Assembly: GCA_951406725.2 (NCBI GenBank)
Contig: OX597819.1
Span: forward strand, 99,324,001-99,388,000
DNA length: 64,000 nucleotides
Direction: 5' to 3'
From: Octopus vulgaris
Lineage: Eukaryota
Part shown: piece by piece, positions 26,903 through 39,746 of the stretch
Layout of the letters: each line of letters starts with the position of its first letter
Numbering within the stretch: position 1 is the stretch's first letter
The notes under the pieces: model-generated
The model's database searches: none
The model's input: the letters and a program-made list of their open reading frames with translations, nothing else
What the model was told of the DNA's origin: nothing
Position numbers and translations under genes: made by a program

Positions 26903-27419
26903 ATATATATGAATATATGAATATATATATATATATATATATAAATACATATACTTTTATACACACACACACACCCACACACATATATATCGATTCAGTC
27001 ATTAGACTGTGGTCATGCTGGGACATCAACCTGAAGAATCTTAGTCGAAGGAATGGCCTCCCGTACTTACATCATCGGGTTTGTTTTGCCGGACCGCTAG
27101 CTTACGGAGACGTAAACACACCGACACCGGTTGTCAAACAGTGGTAGCGGACAAACACACACACACATACATACACAGCTGGCTAAGCCATGAATAAGAA
27201 GCTTCTCATTCAATTTAAAAACTTCCTGAGACTGGAACTCTTGAACTCCATCCCAAACCGAAATAGACACAACATTTGTAAGAGAATGACTAAAGCAAAA
27301 TTTCCGTAAGAACTCTAATATGGGTACAAACTGTTAAACCCCGCCAAAAATGTTTTTCTCTCCCTGATTCTTTTTAATATATCTAATATTTGGTAAGCTT
27401 GATACATCGAAACTGGTTA

Positions 27420-27772
27420 TACTTTGGAGTAAAGATTATTTGCCAACATAACATAGCAATCCTGGTTTAGAACGATTGTTACTGTAATTTAACTCCAGGG
27501 GACATCGTCTCCAGCTGGCTATACGACACGATCTGTGTCCTTTATATTTTTGAACAAGGGAATCTAGCTTCGCCACGCAACTCAAACAATACACAGATAT
27601 TGATTTGAGCTGAGTTGAGGTGCTAGATTCCCTTGTCCGAAAATATAAAGGACACAGATCGTGTCGTATAGTCAGCTGGTGACGATGTCTCATGGGACTA
27701 AAATTACAGCAACATTCGTCCTAAACCAGGACTGCCATGTTATGTTGGCAAACAATCTTTCTTCCAAAGTAT
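27420..27772. repeat. Imperfect fold-back element (~150-bp arms), MITE-like
   Basis: ATACTTTGG..TTTGCCAACATAACAT..TATACGACACGATCTGTGTCCTTTATATTTT..CAAGGGAATCTAGC mirrored downstream. Confidence 0.85.
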
Positions 27773-27929
27773 TGTTGCTGAATATCTCTCGTTGTGAGAT
27801 TTACAAATAGTATTTTACGGTTATATTTTATTAAGCATTCTCTAAAATATACTTCTGTGTTTCTTCCAACTTAATATATATATTTTAACTCACTAATTAA
27901 ATACACCACACACACACACATATATATAC

Positions 27930-27984
<55 letters not shown>

Positions 27985-27990
<6 letters not shown>

Positions 27991-28270
27991 AACCGACTAG
28001 GCTATCAGATGTTACTACACATCGCTGGTCACAATGCGCTTCACATTGTTTTAGCCTTCAAATGCTGGCTAAGCGAGCAGGCCAACAAAAGAGTGAGAGA
28101 AAGTTGTGGCGAAATGGTATAGCAGGGATCGCCACTACCCGCTGCCGGAGCCTCGTGTAGCTTTAGGTGTTTTCGCTCAATAAACACTCACAACACCCGG
28201 TCTGGCAATCGAAACCACGATCCTACGACCGCGAGTCCGCTGCCCTAAGCACTGGGCCATTGCGCCTCCA
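27985..28270 (-). mobile_element. SINE family B, alternative-tail variant
   Basis: Same head as the 16157 copy; 3' tail matches the 52715-53005 copy. Confidence 0.85.
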
Positions 28271-29262
28271 CACACACACACATATCTGTATGTGTGTATA
28301 TGTGTATGTGTGTGTGGATACAAGAAATATTTGTCTCTTTCTATGGAAACAAAAGGGTTTATATATATAAATATATATATACACATATGTATGTATGTAT
28401 GTATGTTTTTATGTATGTATGTATGTATGTATGTATGTATGTATGTATGTATGTGTGTATGTGTGCGTGTGTGTGTATATATGTATGCATGTATAAAAGG
28501 ATAAAATTCTTAAAATTTTATCTGTGGCCAGTATGTAAAAAAAGTAGACCTATTAAGGTGAAATCATAAATACAATTATAAATAAGGGCATAGAAGAAAT
28601 TCTTGCCTGTATACTGAAAGAAGACGTGTGTAATAATAATAGTAATGATAGTTAATGTGGTTCGATGATTTAGCGTCTTCTTTCAGCATATAATCAAGAA
28701 TTTTTCTATGCCCTTAATTATAATTGTATATGTGTGTGTATATATATATATATATGTACACACACACACACACACACTCACACATATATATATATCGGAG
28801 AAAAAAGACAAGAAAAATGTGTGTTTGTGTGCGTATGTCCATGAACACACACATACACATATTCCCACTTCAGGCTGTCACTCTTACACCCTTCTACTGC
28901 CCGGGCTACTACTGACCATCTCATTTACACACATGCTCAAAAACACACAACTACCCGCCCTGTTACCATAGCTGCTGACCTCTAACTATAACATTAACAG
29001 ACACACACACACAGATCACTCACATAAACACATGTAAACAGATGATATCACCTACCACATGCGCATGCACACATATTCACACTCACACTCACACACACAA
29101 TTAACAACACATGCATACACGCTACCACGCACACACACATGCACTTAGTTACTGCTACACACACGTTACCTTACACACGCCACCGCCAGCACATGCAGAC
29201 ACACACACACACACTATCAAACACGCATGCCACCGGACTCGTATCAACACATACAGATACCC

Positions 29263-29502
29263 ATTTCTTTATTACCCATAAGGGGCTAAACATAGAGGGG
29301 ACAAACAAGGACAGACATGGGTACTAAGTCGATTACATCGACCCCAGTGCGTAACTGGTACTTGATTTATCGAAAGGATGAAAGGTAAAGTCGACCTCGG
29401 CGGAATTTGAACTCACAACGTAACGACAGACGAAATACTGCTAAGCATTTCGCCCGACGTGCTAACGTTTCTGCAAGCTCGCCGCCAATGCTAGCTCGCC
29501 GC
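29263..29502 (-). mobile_element. SINE family A with TSD
   Basis: TSD CAACACATACAGATACC at ~29246-29262 and ~29503-29519. Confidence 0.9.
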
Positions 29503-29599
29503 CAACACATACAGATACCAACTAGTCTTTACATTCTCTTCTTCCAGAAAGCACTTTCTCTTTGTCCATCTACGGTGATTCTGGTCATTCCAAGATGTA

Positions 29600-29800
29600 A
29601 CTACACGTGGACTGTTAGGCGATTTTCATCCTTTTCTTTTGGACTTTCCTATGTCTCCTGTTTCCGAAGAAGAGCTTAGCTTGAAACATAAAACAACCAC
29701 GCTTACCTTCTCTGAGCGTCTTATTAATACTTTGTATGTACCACGTCCTTGCGTTGTTGGTTTTTCTTTTTCTTTCTCCGTTTTTCGTATATTAACTATT
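29600..29800 (+). mobile_element. Penelope-like terminal fragment with a decayed hammerhead
   Basis: GTTTCCGAAGAAGAGCTTAGCTTGAAACATAAAAC; homologous to 59350-59460. Confidence 0.55.
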
Positions 29801-29926
29801 TACCGCACGCTCAAACGGACCGCCGTCCTTCCGACTGGCTTTCGAGTACCTAATTCGCGGAATTCTTTTTACCATCGGATAACATCACCTGTTCATTTGG
29901 AGTACGCCATTTCTGCGCCTTGATTA

Positions 29927-29967
<41 letters not shown>

Positions 29968-29988
29968 ATCTATCTATCTATCTATCTA

Positions 29989-30071
<83 letters not shown>

Positions 30072-30436
30072 CTATATATCTATATATCTATATATATATA
30101 TATGATGACGGTGTTTTCTCAGTTTCCTCTCGCAAAATCCACTCACAAGGCTTTGGTTTGTCTGAGGCAATTGTAAAAGACACTTGCCCAAGGTGCCATG
30201 CAGTAGGATTCAACCTGGAACCAAGTTGGAAGCAAAGCTTCTTACAAAACACCAACACCTACGCTAATATATTTGATGTCAATATGTACACACACACACA
30301 CCAGTATATATGTATGTATATATAATGGAAAGGACTGATTTAAACCACCATATGCTGCTATAGTGTGTAATACGTTTACTTTTTATCTTACGGGTTTTTT
30401 TACCTTATGGGATTTGTTCTTAGATGACTTATAAAC

Positions 30437-30790
30437 GTCAGTAATAATCGCGTATAAGCTAGAGGTAGCAGTAATCGCTAATCATAAACTAGAGACAACA
30501 ATGATGATCAACCAGGGAGTAAAGTTGTCAGTAATAACTAATCATAGTCGAGAAATGTCAGTGATGACCAATCATAAGCTAAATTGTCAGTCACAAATTC
30601 AAGATGTCGGTAATGAGCAATCAAAACCTAAAGATATCAGCGATGACCAGTTATAAGTTAAGGATGTTAGTAATGACGAAGATTAAGCCAGAGATTTCAG
30701 TAATGACGAAGCATAAGCTACAAATGTCAATAATGATCAATAATAACAAAGATGTCGGTAATAACCAATTAAAAACTTGAAATTTAACCA
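30437..30790. repeat. Degenerate ~30-bp minisatellite, about 11-12 copies
   Basis: Recurring GTCAGTAATGACCAATCATAAGCTAGAGAT-like unit. Confidence 0.8.
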
Positions 30791-31346
30791 AAGTGACGGC
30801 ATGTGACTGATAGCATTTGTAGAAAATATAAGAATGAACTTTGGTCAATACTGTACATTTGTATGAGATCTATGTTATACATTACAAAAATTACTTGTTG
30901 ATTATTTTATCTCACGTAATTCACCCACTCTGAATAAAGAACAAAATAATAATATTCTAGAGTCATTAGCAGAAATGAAGGATATACTGTATAATGTAAC
31001 GTGAGATAAGCTATGACAGAAAAGGCGGGATGCTTATGGTTAGATTATTTTAAAACATATCGCAGATAAATTTAGGACTGACAAGGGGTTAAATAATGAT
31101 AACCTCCTGCCCACAAAAAATGCCCTCTCTTTTACTCTTTTACTTGTTTCAGTCATTTGACTGCGGCCATGCTAGAGCACTGCCTTTAATCGAGCAACTC
31201 GACCTCGGGACTTATTCTTTTGTAAGCCCAGCACTTATTCTATCGGTCTCTATTTGCCGAACCGCTAAGTAACGGGGACATAGCCACACCAGCATCGGTT
31301 GTCAAGCAATGCTAGAGGGACAAACACAGACACACAAACACACACA

Positions 31347-31403
<57 letters not shown>

Positions 31404-31522
31404 CAATCAAGGAACGGCCATAATAGGCCATTCACCCACTAGAAATAACAGCCAAAGCTTCAACCGCAAAATAACATTAATTCCGCAAACCAGGAGAAAA
31501 TTAAAAAAACATTTACCCTGTA

Positions 31523-31629
31523 ATTTCTTATACGATGCACCGTTTCATCTATTGTTTAATGGTAAACTAACCTGATTAAATTAAATCAAGCCAATCTTCC
31601 ATAGGCCCTTAGATTCGTCAGTAAGAAAT
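31523..31629 (-). ncRNA. Type I hammerhead ribozyme, copy 1
   Basis: Minus strand ATTTCTTA-CTGACGA-ATCTA...TAGAT-GAAA-CGGTGCATCG-TA-TAAGAAAT. Confidence 0.85.
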
Positions 31630-32012
31630 AGCCAGATCGGAACAGATATTTTCACGAGGCACTTCTGTCCCTGCCTCGGCAATATCTGACCTAAAATTTT
31701 CAAATCATCGCACTCGCGCCAAATTTATCGGCAGCAAATAAATATAAGCCGCCGATTCCATTACGGAATCAACCAGAAAATTCATAATTAATCAATATAG
31801 GGTGGCAAAAAAAATTTTGTAGAATTTTTTTGCCACCAGCGGCCTAGTGGGAAAAAATTAAATAGTCATAGACCATTTATAAGTTCAACATCACAATCAA
31901 GGAACGGCCATAATAGGCCATTCACCCACTAGAAATAACAGCCAAAGCTTCAACCGCAAAATAACATTAATTCCGCAAACCAGGAGAAAATTAAAAAAAC
32001 ATTTACCCTGTA

Positions 32013-32119
32013 ATTTCTTATACGATGCACCGTTTCATCTATTGTTTAATGGTAAACTAACCTGATTAAATTAAATCAAGCCAATCTTCCATAGGCCCTT
32101 AGATTCGTCAGTAAGAAAT
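32013..32119 (-). ncRNA. Type I hammerhead ribozyme, copy 2
   Basis: Identical to copy 1, 490 bp away. Confidence 0.85.
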
Positions 32120-32892
32120 AGCCAGATCGGAACAGATATTTTCACGAGGCACTTCTGTCCCTGCCTCGGCAATATCTGACCTAAAATTTTCAAATCATCG
32201 CACTCGCGCCAAATTTATCGGCAGCAAATAAATATAAGCCGCCGATTCCATTACGGAATCAACCAGAAAATTCATAATTAATCAATATAGGGTGGCAAAA
32301 AAATTTTGTAGAATTTTTTTGCCACCAGCGGCCTAGTGGGAAAAAATTAAATAGTCATAGACCATTTATAAGTTCAACATCACAATCAAGGAACGACCAT
32401 AATAGGCCATTCACCCACTAGAAATAACAGCCAAAGCTTCAACCGCAAAATAACATTAATTCCGCAAACCAGGAGAAAATTAAAAAAACATTTACCCTGT
32501 AATTTCTTATACGATGCACCGTTTCATCTATTGTTTAATGGTAAACTAACCTGGTTAATGTTATTTTGCGGTTGAAGCTTTGGCTGTTATTTCTAGTGGG
32601 TGAATGGCCTATTATGGCCGTTCCTTGATTGTGATGTTGAACTTATAAATGGTCTATGACTATTTAATTTTTTCCCACTAGGCGCTGGTGGCAAAAAAAT
32701 TCTACAAAATTTTTTTGCCACCTATATTGATTAATTATGAATTTTCTGGTTAATTCCGTAATGGAATCGGCGGCTTATATTTATTTGCTGCCGATAAATT
32801 TGGCGCGAGTGCGATGATTTGAAAATTTTAGGTCAGATATTGCCGAGGCAGGGACAGAAGTGCCTCGTGAAAATATCTGTTCCGATCTGGCT

Positions 32893-32999
32893 ATTTCTTA
32901 CTGACGAATCTATCGGCCTATGGAAGATTGGCTTGATTTAATTTAATCAGGTTAGTTTACCATTAAACAATAGATGAAACGGTGCATCGTATAAGAAAT
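32893..32999 (+). ncRNA. Type I hammerhead ribozyme, copy 3; predicted cleavage after GUA at 32991
   Basis: Stem I ATTTCTTA/TAAGAAAT; core CTGACGA 32901-32907; stem II ATCTAT/ATAGAT; GAAA 32976-32979; stem III ACGGT-GC-ATCGT. Confidence 0.88.
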
Positions 33000-33382
33000 T
33001 ACAGGGTAAATGTTTTTTTAATTTTCTCCTGGTTTGCGGAATTAATGTTATTTTGCGGTTGAAGCTTTGGCTGTTATTTCTAGTGGGTGAATGGCCTATT
33101 ATGGCCGTTCCTTGATTGTGATGTTGAACTTATAAATGGTCTATGACTATTTAATTTTTCCCACTAGGCCGCTGGTGGCAAAAAAATTCTACAAAATTTT
33201 TTTGCCACCCTATATTGATTAATTATGAATTTTCTGGTTGATTCCGTAATGGAATCTGCGGCTTATATTTATTTGCTGCCGATAAATTTGGCGCGAGTGC
33301 GATGATTTGAAAATTTTAGGTCAGATATTGCCGAGGCAGGGACAGAAGTGCCTCGTGAAAATATCTGTTCCGATCTGGCTGT

Positions 33383-33487
33383 TTTCTTACTGACGAATCT
33401 ATCGGCCTATGGAAGATTGGCTTGATTTAATTTAATCAGGTTGGTTTACCATTAAACAATAGATGAAACGGTGCATCGTATAAGAAA
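33383..33487 (+). ncRNA. Type I hammerhead ribozyme, copy 4; predicted cleavage after 33480
   Basis: CTGACGA 33390-33396; GAAA 33465-33468; stem I TTTCTTA/TAAGAAA. Confidence 0.85.
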
Positions 33488-35001
33488 TTACAGGGTAAAT
33501 GTTTTTTTAATTTTCTCCTGGTTTGCGGAATTAATGTTATTTTGCGGTTGAAGCTTTGGCTGTTATTTCTAGTGGGTGAATGGCCTATTATGGCCGTTCC
33601 TTGATTGTGATGTTGAACTTATAAATGGTCTATGACTATTTAATTTTTTCCTACTAGGCCGCTGGTGGCAAAAAAATTCTACAAAATTTTTTTTTGCCAC
33701 CCTATATTGATTAATTATATATATATACATATATACGACGGTCTTCTTTCAGTTTCCGTCTACCAAATCCACTCACAAGACCTTGGTCGACCCGAGACTA
33801 TAGTAGAAGACACTTGTCCCAGGTGCCACGCAGTGGGATTGAACCCGGAACCATGTGGTTGGTAAACAAGCTACTTACCACACAGCCACTCCTGCGCCTA
33901 CCCGTATATAATTTTGGCAGAAGGGCTGCAATTTTGAAGGGATTTCGACGTCGATTACTTCGATCACAGTATTTAATCTATTTTGGATTTTTCGACACTT
34001 AAAATACGTAAGGCAACATCAAGCACAACTAAACTTTTTGTCCGGCTCGGTCTAACATATAATGAGTGGGCGGTTTCAATTTAAAGTACTGTGTGAAGAT
34101 TTAAAATCTGTGACATATATTTGGGTGTGTCATTTACCCCTCGTCCATGTTCATATTAATAAAATGCTGAACTCTGACTGCACAGGTCGCATTATTTCGA
34201 ACAGTTAACGCTGAATATAATAACTATACTGCGTAGATAGTTTATGCGTGACAAACATACGCACCTTGCCCTTTGTGACGTATGCATGCGCACACGCGCA
34301 CACAGCACATACACATAAGTGTATCTATGTAGATGTGTATACATACATAAACATGCTCACACATAAGTATAAGCATTAAGCGCAAAAGTTGCGAAACAAA
34401 AACAACAACAACACAATTTGACGCACAGAAAATTTTTAAAAAAATGACAAGATATCTTTTTAACAAATCGTGCATTCGTTTTTCTTCCGAAAGATAGGAC
34501 AGGCAGAGAGAATAAAACGAGGAGGGAAACGGGGAAATTGAAACGCAAATATATCCAGTGGTCACAGTATGGTGAAAAATATGAAGATACACATACACAC
34601 ACACAAAACACACGCGCACATTTACATATGCATGAATTTATAGATAGAGAAACTCATTGACATATAGATATGTTTCTTTATTAGCCACACAGGGCTGCAC
34701 ACAGACGGGGCAAATTACAAGGTAGAGCTTTTCTTTTTGGGGATAAAAAAAGGGGGTTTGGTTTTCGATCAAAAGGGATCGTAAAAGGAAAGAAAGAGGA
34801 AAGCAAAAAAAAAAAAAAAAGAAAGGTGGGGGAATAAAAGGAAAAAGAAAATATCGATCAATAGGGATCGTTATCACAGAAATGTCAATATAAAGTGTAA
34901 AGGGGAGGACAGGTGAGGTTTGACATATAGATAACTCTTTCGACAGATAGATACAACAGCAAAGAAATACTCTTTAGTAATGAAAACTGGCCTCTGAGAA
35001 G

Positions 35002-36214
35002 CAGGCATGTAGCCAGTGGGGAGAGGGATTATGGGGTGCTCAGCACCCCGTTAGAATCACAGCCCCCGCCCTCGTATGAAAATTTGCTTTATCCTCTTTT
35101 GAAATAATACATTGTCGCCGTACTTCTTTTTTCTCATAAGCAATATCTGAAGTCGTTAAAGATGCAATAAATTAAATTTCTTTTGATTTCGTAGTATGAA
35201 AACGCGGGTAAGTTAGAGCTGGTCAAAGTGTTTGTTGTAGCTGTAATTGTTGTCACAGAATTGGCTGCTGACCTGGTCATCAACTGTGGGTTGAATCAAG
35301 GAGTGGCTGACCCTGGGTCAGTTGCTGCTGTTCTCCGTTGTTGTGGTGGCAGTCGTGGTGGCGACGGCGGCGGTGGTGCTGGTGATTGTCGTTGTTGCTG
35401 TTGAAAAGTATGTGAAGAATTGTTGCTGTAGTTATGGTAATAAACACATCACTACACACGTATATATATATAAAAATCCCCCGAGCTGGCAGACACGTTA
35501 GCGCGCCGGACGAAATGCTTAGCGGTATTTCGTCTGTCGTTACGTTCTGAGTTCAAATTCCGCCGAGGTCAACTTTGCCTTTCATCCTTTCGGGGTCGAT
35601 AAATAAAGTACCAGTTTCGCACTGGGGACGATATAATCGACTCAATCCCTTCGTCTGTCCTTGTTTGTCCCCTCTATGTTTAGCCCCTTATGGGCAGTAA
35701 AGAAATATATATAAAAATCCCACTAAGATAAAAGCCCCTCAAACAATCCCCATCCCCCATAGTTAAAGTATGAAAGTGTTTAGTTTTCTTTTTTACGACC
35801 GCAGTTTCCGTTTTTGTTCATTTGAAATTATATAAAAATAATGTTTAAAGATTTGGCTGTTATCTCTTGCATCTGGAAATAACTTTTAGGCTTAATTATG
35901 TGGTTGTTGAAAATCATTAAAAAAAATATTGGAGTCGATACATTCGACTAAAAATTCTTCGAGGTGATGCCCCAGCATGGCCTTAGTTTAATGATTGCAA
36001 TAAGTAAAGTGAAAATAAAAACGAAATATATCAGATGTTTTGACCTGGTTAGGCTTCAAGAAAAAAAAAAAAGCGAAAAAATAACCGAAAAATATAAGCA
36101 TGGGGCTTTTGTCCACTTTCACACTTTAAGAAGGGGCTTTTGTCCATACACCTATTCAGCACCACCAGCTATCAAGATAGCACCTCCAGTTGAAATCAGC
36201 TGGCTACGTGACTG
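35002..36214. mobile_element. Non-autonomous hAT-like DNA transposon
   Basis: TIR CAGGCATGTAGCCAG vs CAGTCACGTAGCCAG (reverse complement of the right end); imperfect 8-bp TSD CTGAGAAG/CTGAGATA. Confidence 0.6.
35482..35705 (+). mobile_element. SINE family A with TSD
   Basis: ATATATATAAAAATCCC on both sides; full core and tail. Confidence 0.9.
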
Positions 36215-36264
36215 CTGAGATAAACAAATATTGGTTATACTCTCAGAATTGGATGCGCGGGCGC

Positions 36265-36301
<37 letters not shown>

Positions 36302-36573
36302 AAAAGACAATATAATATGAGTCATATTTTCTTTGTTACATTTACCACATTTGTAAGAATATGAATAACTTCTATAAAATTGAGGAGAATATTTTCTGTA
36401 TAAATTAGAGATTAGACACGGCTGTTTATTTGATATAAAAACTAATGTTGAATCAAGGTAATTTTGGCATTTGATAACTGAAATAGAATGAAATTAGTAG
36501 TAGGCTTACATACAATGCTCTAGTGTGACTACAGGGTAGTACCTGTAATTAGTAAAAAGTAAAAATGTTTCCA

Positions 36574-36643
<70 letters not shown>

Positions 36644-36783
36644 CAAATAATAGGAATGACCGATAGGTGGATACCTAATATGCTAGAGAAAGACCCCATA
36701 TGGTCTGACCACCAAGAAAAATAGTTCTCAAGAAATTTCGGCAAATGCCAGGACGTAAAGCGAGCAAGACAAATAAAAAGATA

Positions 36784-36832
36784 CAAAGCCTTGTGAGTGG
36801 ATTTGATAAACGGAAACTGAAAGAAGCCTGTC

Positions 36833-36871
<39 letters not shown>

Positions 36872-37262
36872 TGTGTGTCTCTATTTGTACCCCCAACATC
36901 GCTTGACTACCGATGTTGTCGTGTTTACGTTGCCGTAACTTAGCGGTTCGGCAAGAGTCCGATAAAATAAGTACTAGGCTTACAAAGAATAAGTCCTGGG
37001 GTCGACTTCTTCGACTAAAGGTGGTGCTCCAGCATAGCCGCAGTCAAAGACAAATAAAAGAATAAAGAATGTATATGTGTGTGTATGTGTGTGTATAGGC
37101 GCAAGCATGGCTGTGTGGTTAGCAGTTTGTTTCCCAGTCATATGGTTCCAGATTCAGTCCCACTGTGTGGCACTTTTGGCAAGTGTCCTCTACTACAGCC
37201 TCGCGTTCACCAAAACTTTGTGAGTGGACTTGGTAGACGGAAACTGAAAGAAGCCCGTTGTA
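36784..37262 (+). mobile_element. Two partial SINE family C copies
   Basis: GTGAGTGGA(T/C)TTG..ACGGAAACTGAAAGAAGCC core present twice. Confidence 0.8.
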
Positions 37263-37579
37263 ACTTTTGTCCCTTACTTTGGGACACTGGTGTCAGTCAA
37301 CGTCAATAAAACAGCTCTAAAATTAATTCTATACATCAAGTATTTAAAGTCAAAATAGTAATCATATTTCTCTGAAGAAAATATGATTACTATCAGTTCT
37401 TTACTGACAAAGGAAGGTATCTTTCAGGCAGATACTTTATCTCCTCTATATTTCTGTTATGCTTTGTCCCAATAAACAAATCTACTAAATGAAATCATCG
37501 TTATCATAAATGTTTCAGATAAAATATAAACCATCTCCATTGTATTCAAATTGATACAGACACAGAAATTTGTGAATTA

Positions 37580-37810
37580 GACCAGAACCATCTATAAAAA
37601 TATTTAGGAGATGAAACTGATACTGCAACACGCAGAAATGAAGGAGAAATTAGAACAGAGTTCAACAGACGAGTTAGATTAAAGAAAAACTGAACTCAAT
37701 GCTAGAAATAAAATAATCGATATAATGATAATAATCCACTTGAGTTAAAACTACAGCTTGAATGTTCTAAGCCGATAGTTAAACGAATTGAAGGGATAAG
37801 ATAGATAAAA
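37580..37810 (+). pseudogene. Highly decayed Dong/R4-like fragment
   Basis: RRVRL / KTELNARNKII-like translation. Confidence 0.4.
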
Positions 37811-38829
37811 TATTTTTGTATCTATCCATTCTAGAATATATGAGTGCTTACTACCCAGTAATATTTTCTATATACTGTACATATGGATTTTGGTCATGTA
37901 TTATCATTCTCATGACACCTGTGGTTATGAGTACTATTTCTCTTCAACCCCTACACCTTGATTATTCATATTTTCTGATCTTTATTTTTATTGTTTTACA
38001 CGTGTAGGTCTATCTTTATAGTATACATTCTCAATAGTCTCAACTTTAGTAACTGCATTTCTGTTTGACTTTTTGTTTGCTTTTATTTTCTCTGAATTAT
38101 TGTTTGTTTCCGCTATACAACTTTATTTTTTACTAGTTTATTTTTCTGATTTCATGTCCGGTGTTTTGAATGTTCTTCTTAAAACGACTACTCTGTTGTA
38201 AATCAAAATTATATTTGAGGTTATTTACTCTCTAGTAAATAACCTTGGGCCCATTTCTGATCTATGTATTTTGTAGCTTGATGTCAAATAAATACTACCG
38301 GGCTCGGTACAAGGATTTGCCTAGGTGTCTCACGGATCTAGGGGCCCAATTCTACTCCGTATATTTTGTGATTGCCAAGTAACGAATACTATAGGGTCTA
38401 TAATAATGCTTATATCAGCCTTGATCGTGTAAGGTTATAAAGAACAGAATTCAAATCACGAACTTCCCATCAATTTTCTACACAGACAACATTCACAAAT
38501 GCGGTTCTTGTATTTTCTTTTGTGAAGGGTTAGATTAAGTTTCGAGGCATTCTTAGTTGTTATTGTTACTGAGTAAGCTAACCACGTAGAGTATTTTCTG
38601 TTCGGTACAAAAATATTCAGACATCAATCTGCTGTTTTGATGAGTCAGATATCAAACAGATATAATTTGCCTGTTATTTGTAGAAATACCTAGAGTAGAA
38701 TTAATAATTTGTATAAATAATTAAGGGGATATGCTTTAATTTGGGGGTTCGGTATGTTGTATATAACGAACAATTTATATAATCATATGAATAATGATTT
38801 TCTACACCCATACAAATAAATACATATTC

Positions 38830-39746
<917 letters not shown>

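Larger units (their letters stand above)
31399..33717. mobile_element. Retrozyme-like array: ~490-bp monomers, ~2.4 copies in each of two head-to-head arms
   Basis: Units start at 31399, 31889 and 32378; inversion junction at ~32553-32555; near-identical copies; each full unit carries a hammerhead. Confidence 0.9.
31126..33900 (-). mobile_element. SINE family C split at its internal (TA)n tract by the 490-bp array; halves at 31126-31398 and 33718-33900
   Basis: Both halves match the intact copy at 41020-41424. Confidence 0.9.

Noticed and set aside
27385-27422. CGAAACTGGTTA suggesting another hammerhead
   Set aside because: No CUGANGA or covariant core and no stems upstream
30437-30790. CRISPR-like periodicity
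   Set aside because: Contiguous degenerate 30-mers without unique spacers; eukaryotic context and no cas genes
31399-33717. Plain satellite DNA or a pure assembly artefact
   Set aside because: A complete hammerhead in every unit, arm-specific variants and precise placement inside a split SINE argue against this; long-read confirmation is still needed
35200-35440. Thr/Ala/Pro-rich stretch resembling a mucin exon
   Set aside because: Lies inside the hAT-like element on the strand opposite the gene; low complexity with no clear splice sites
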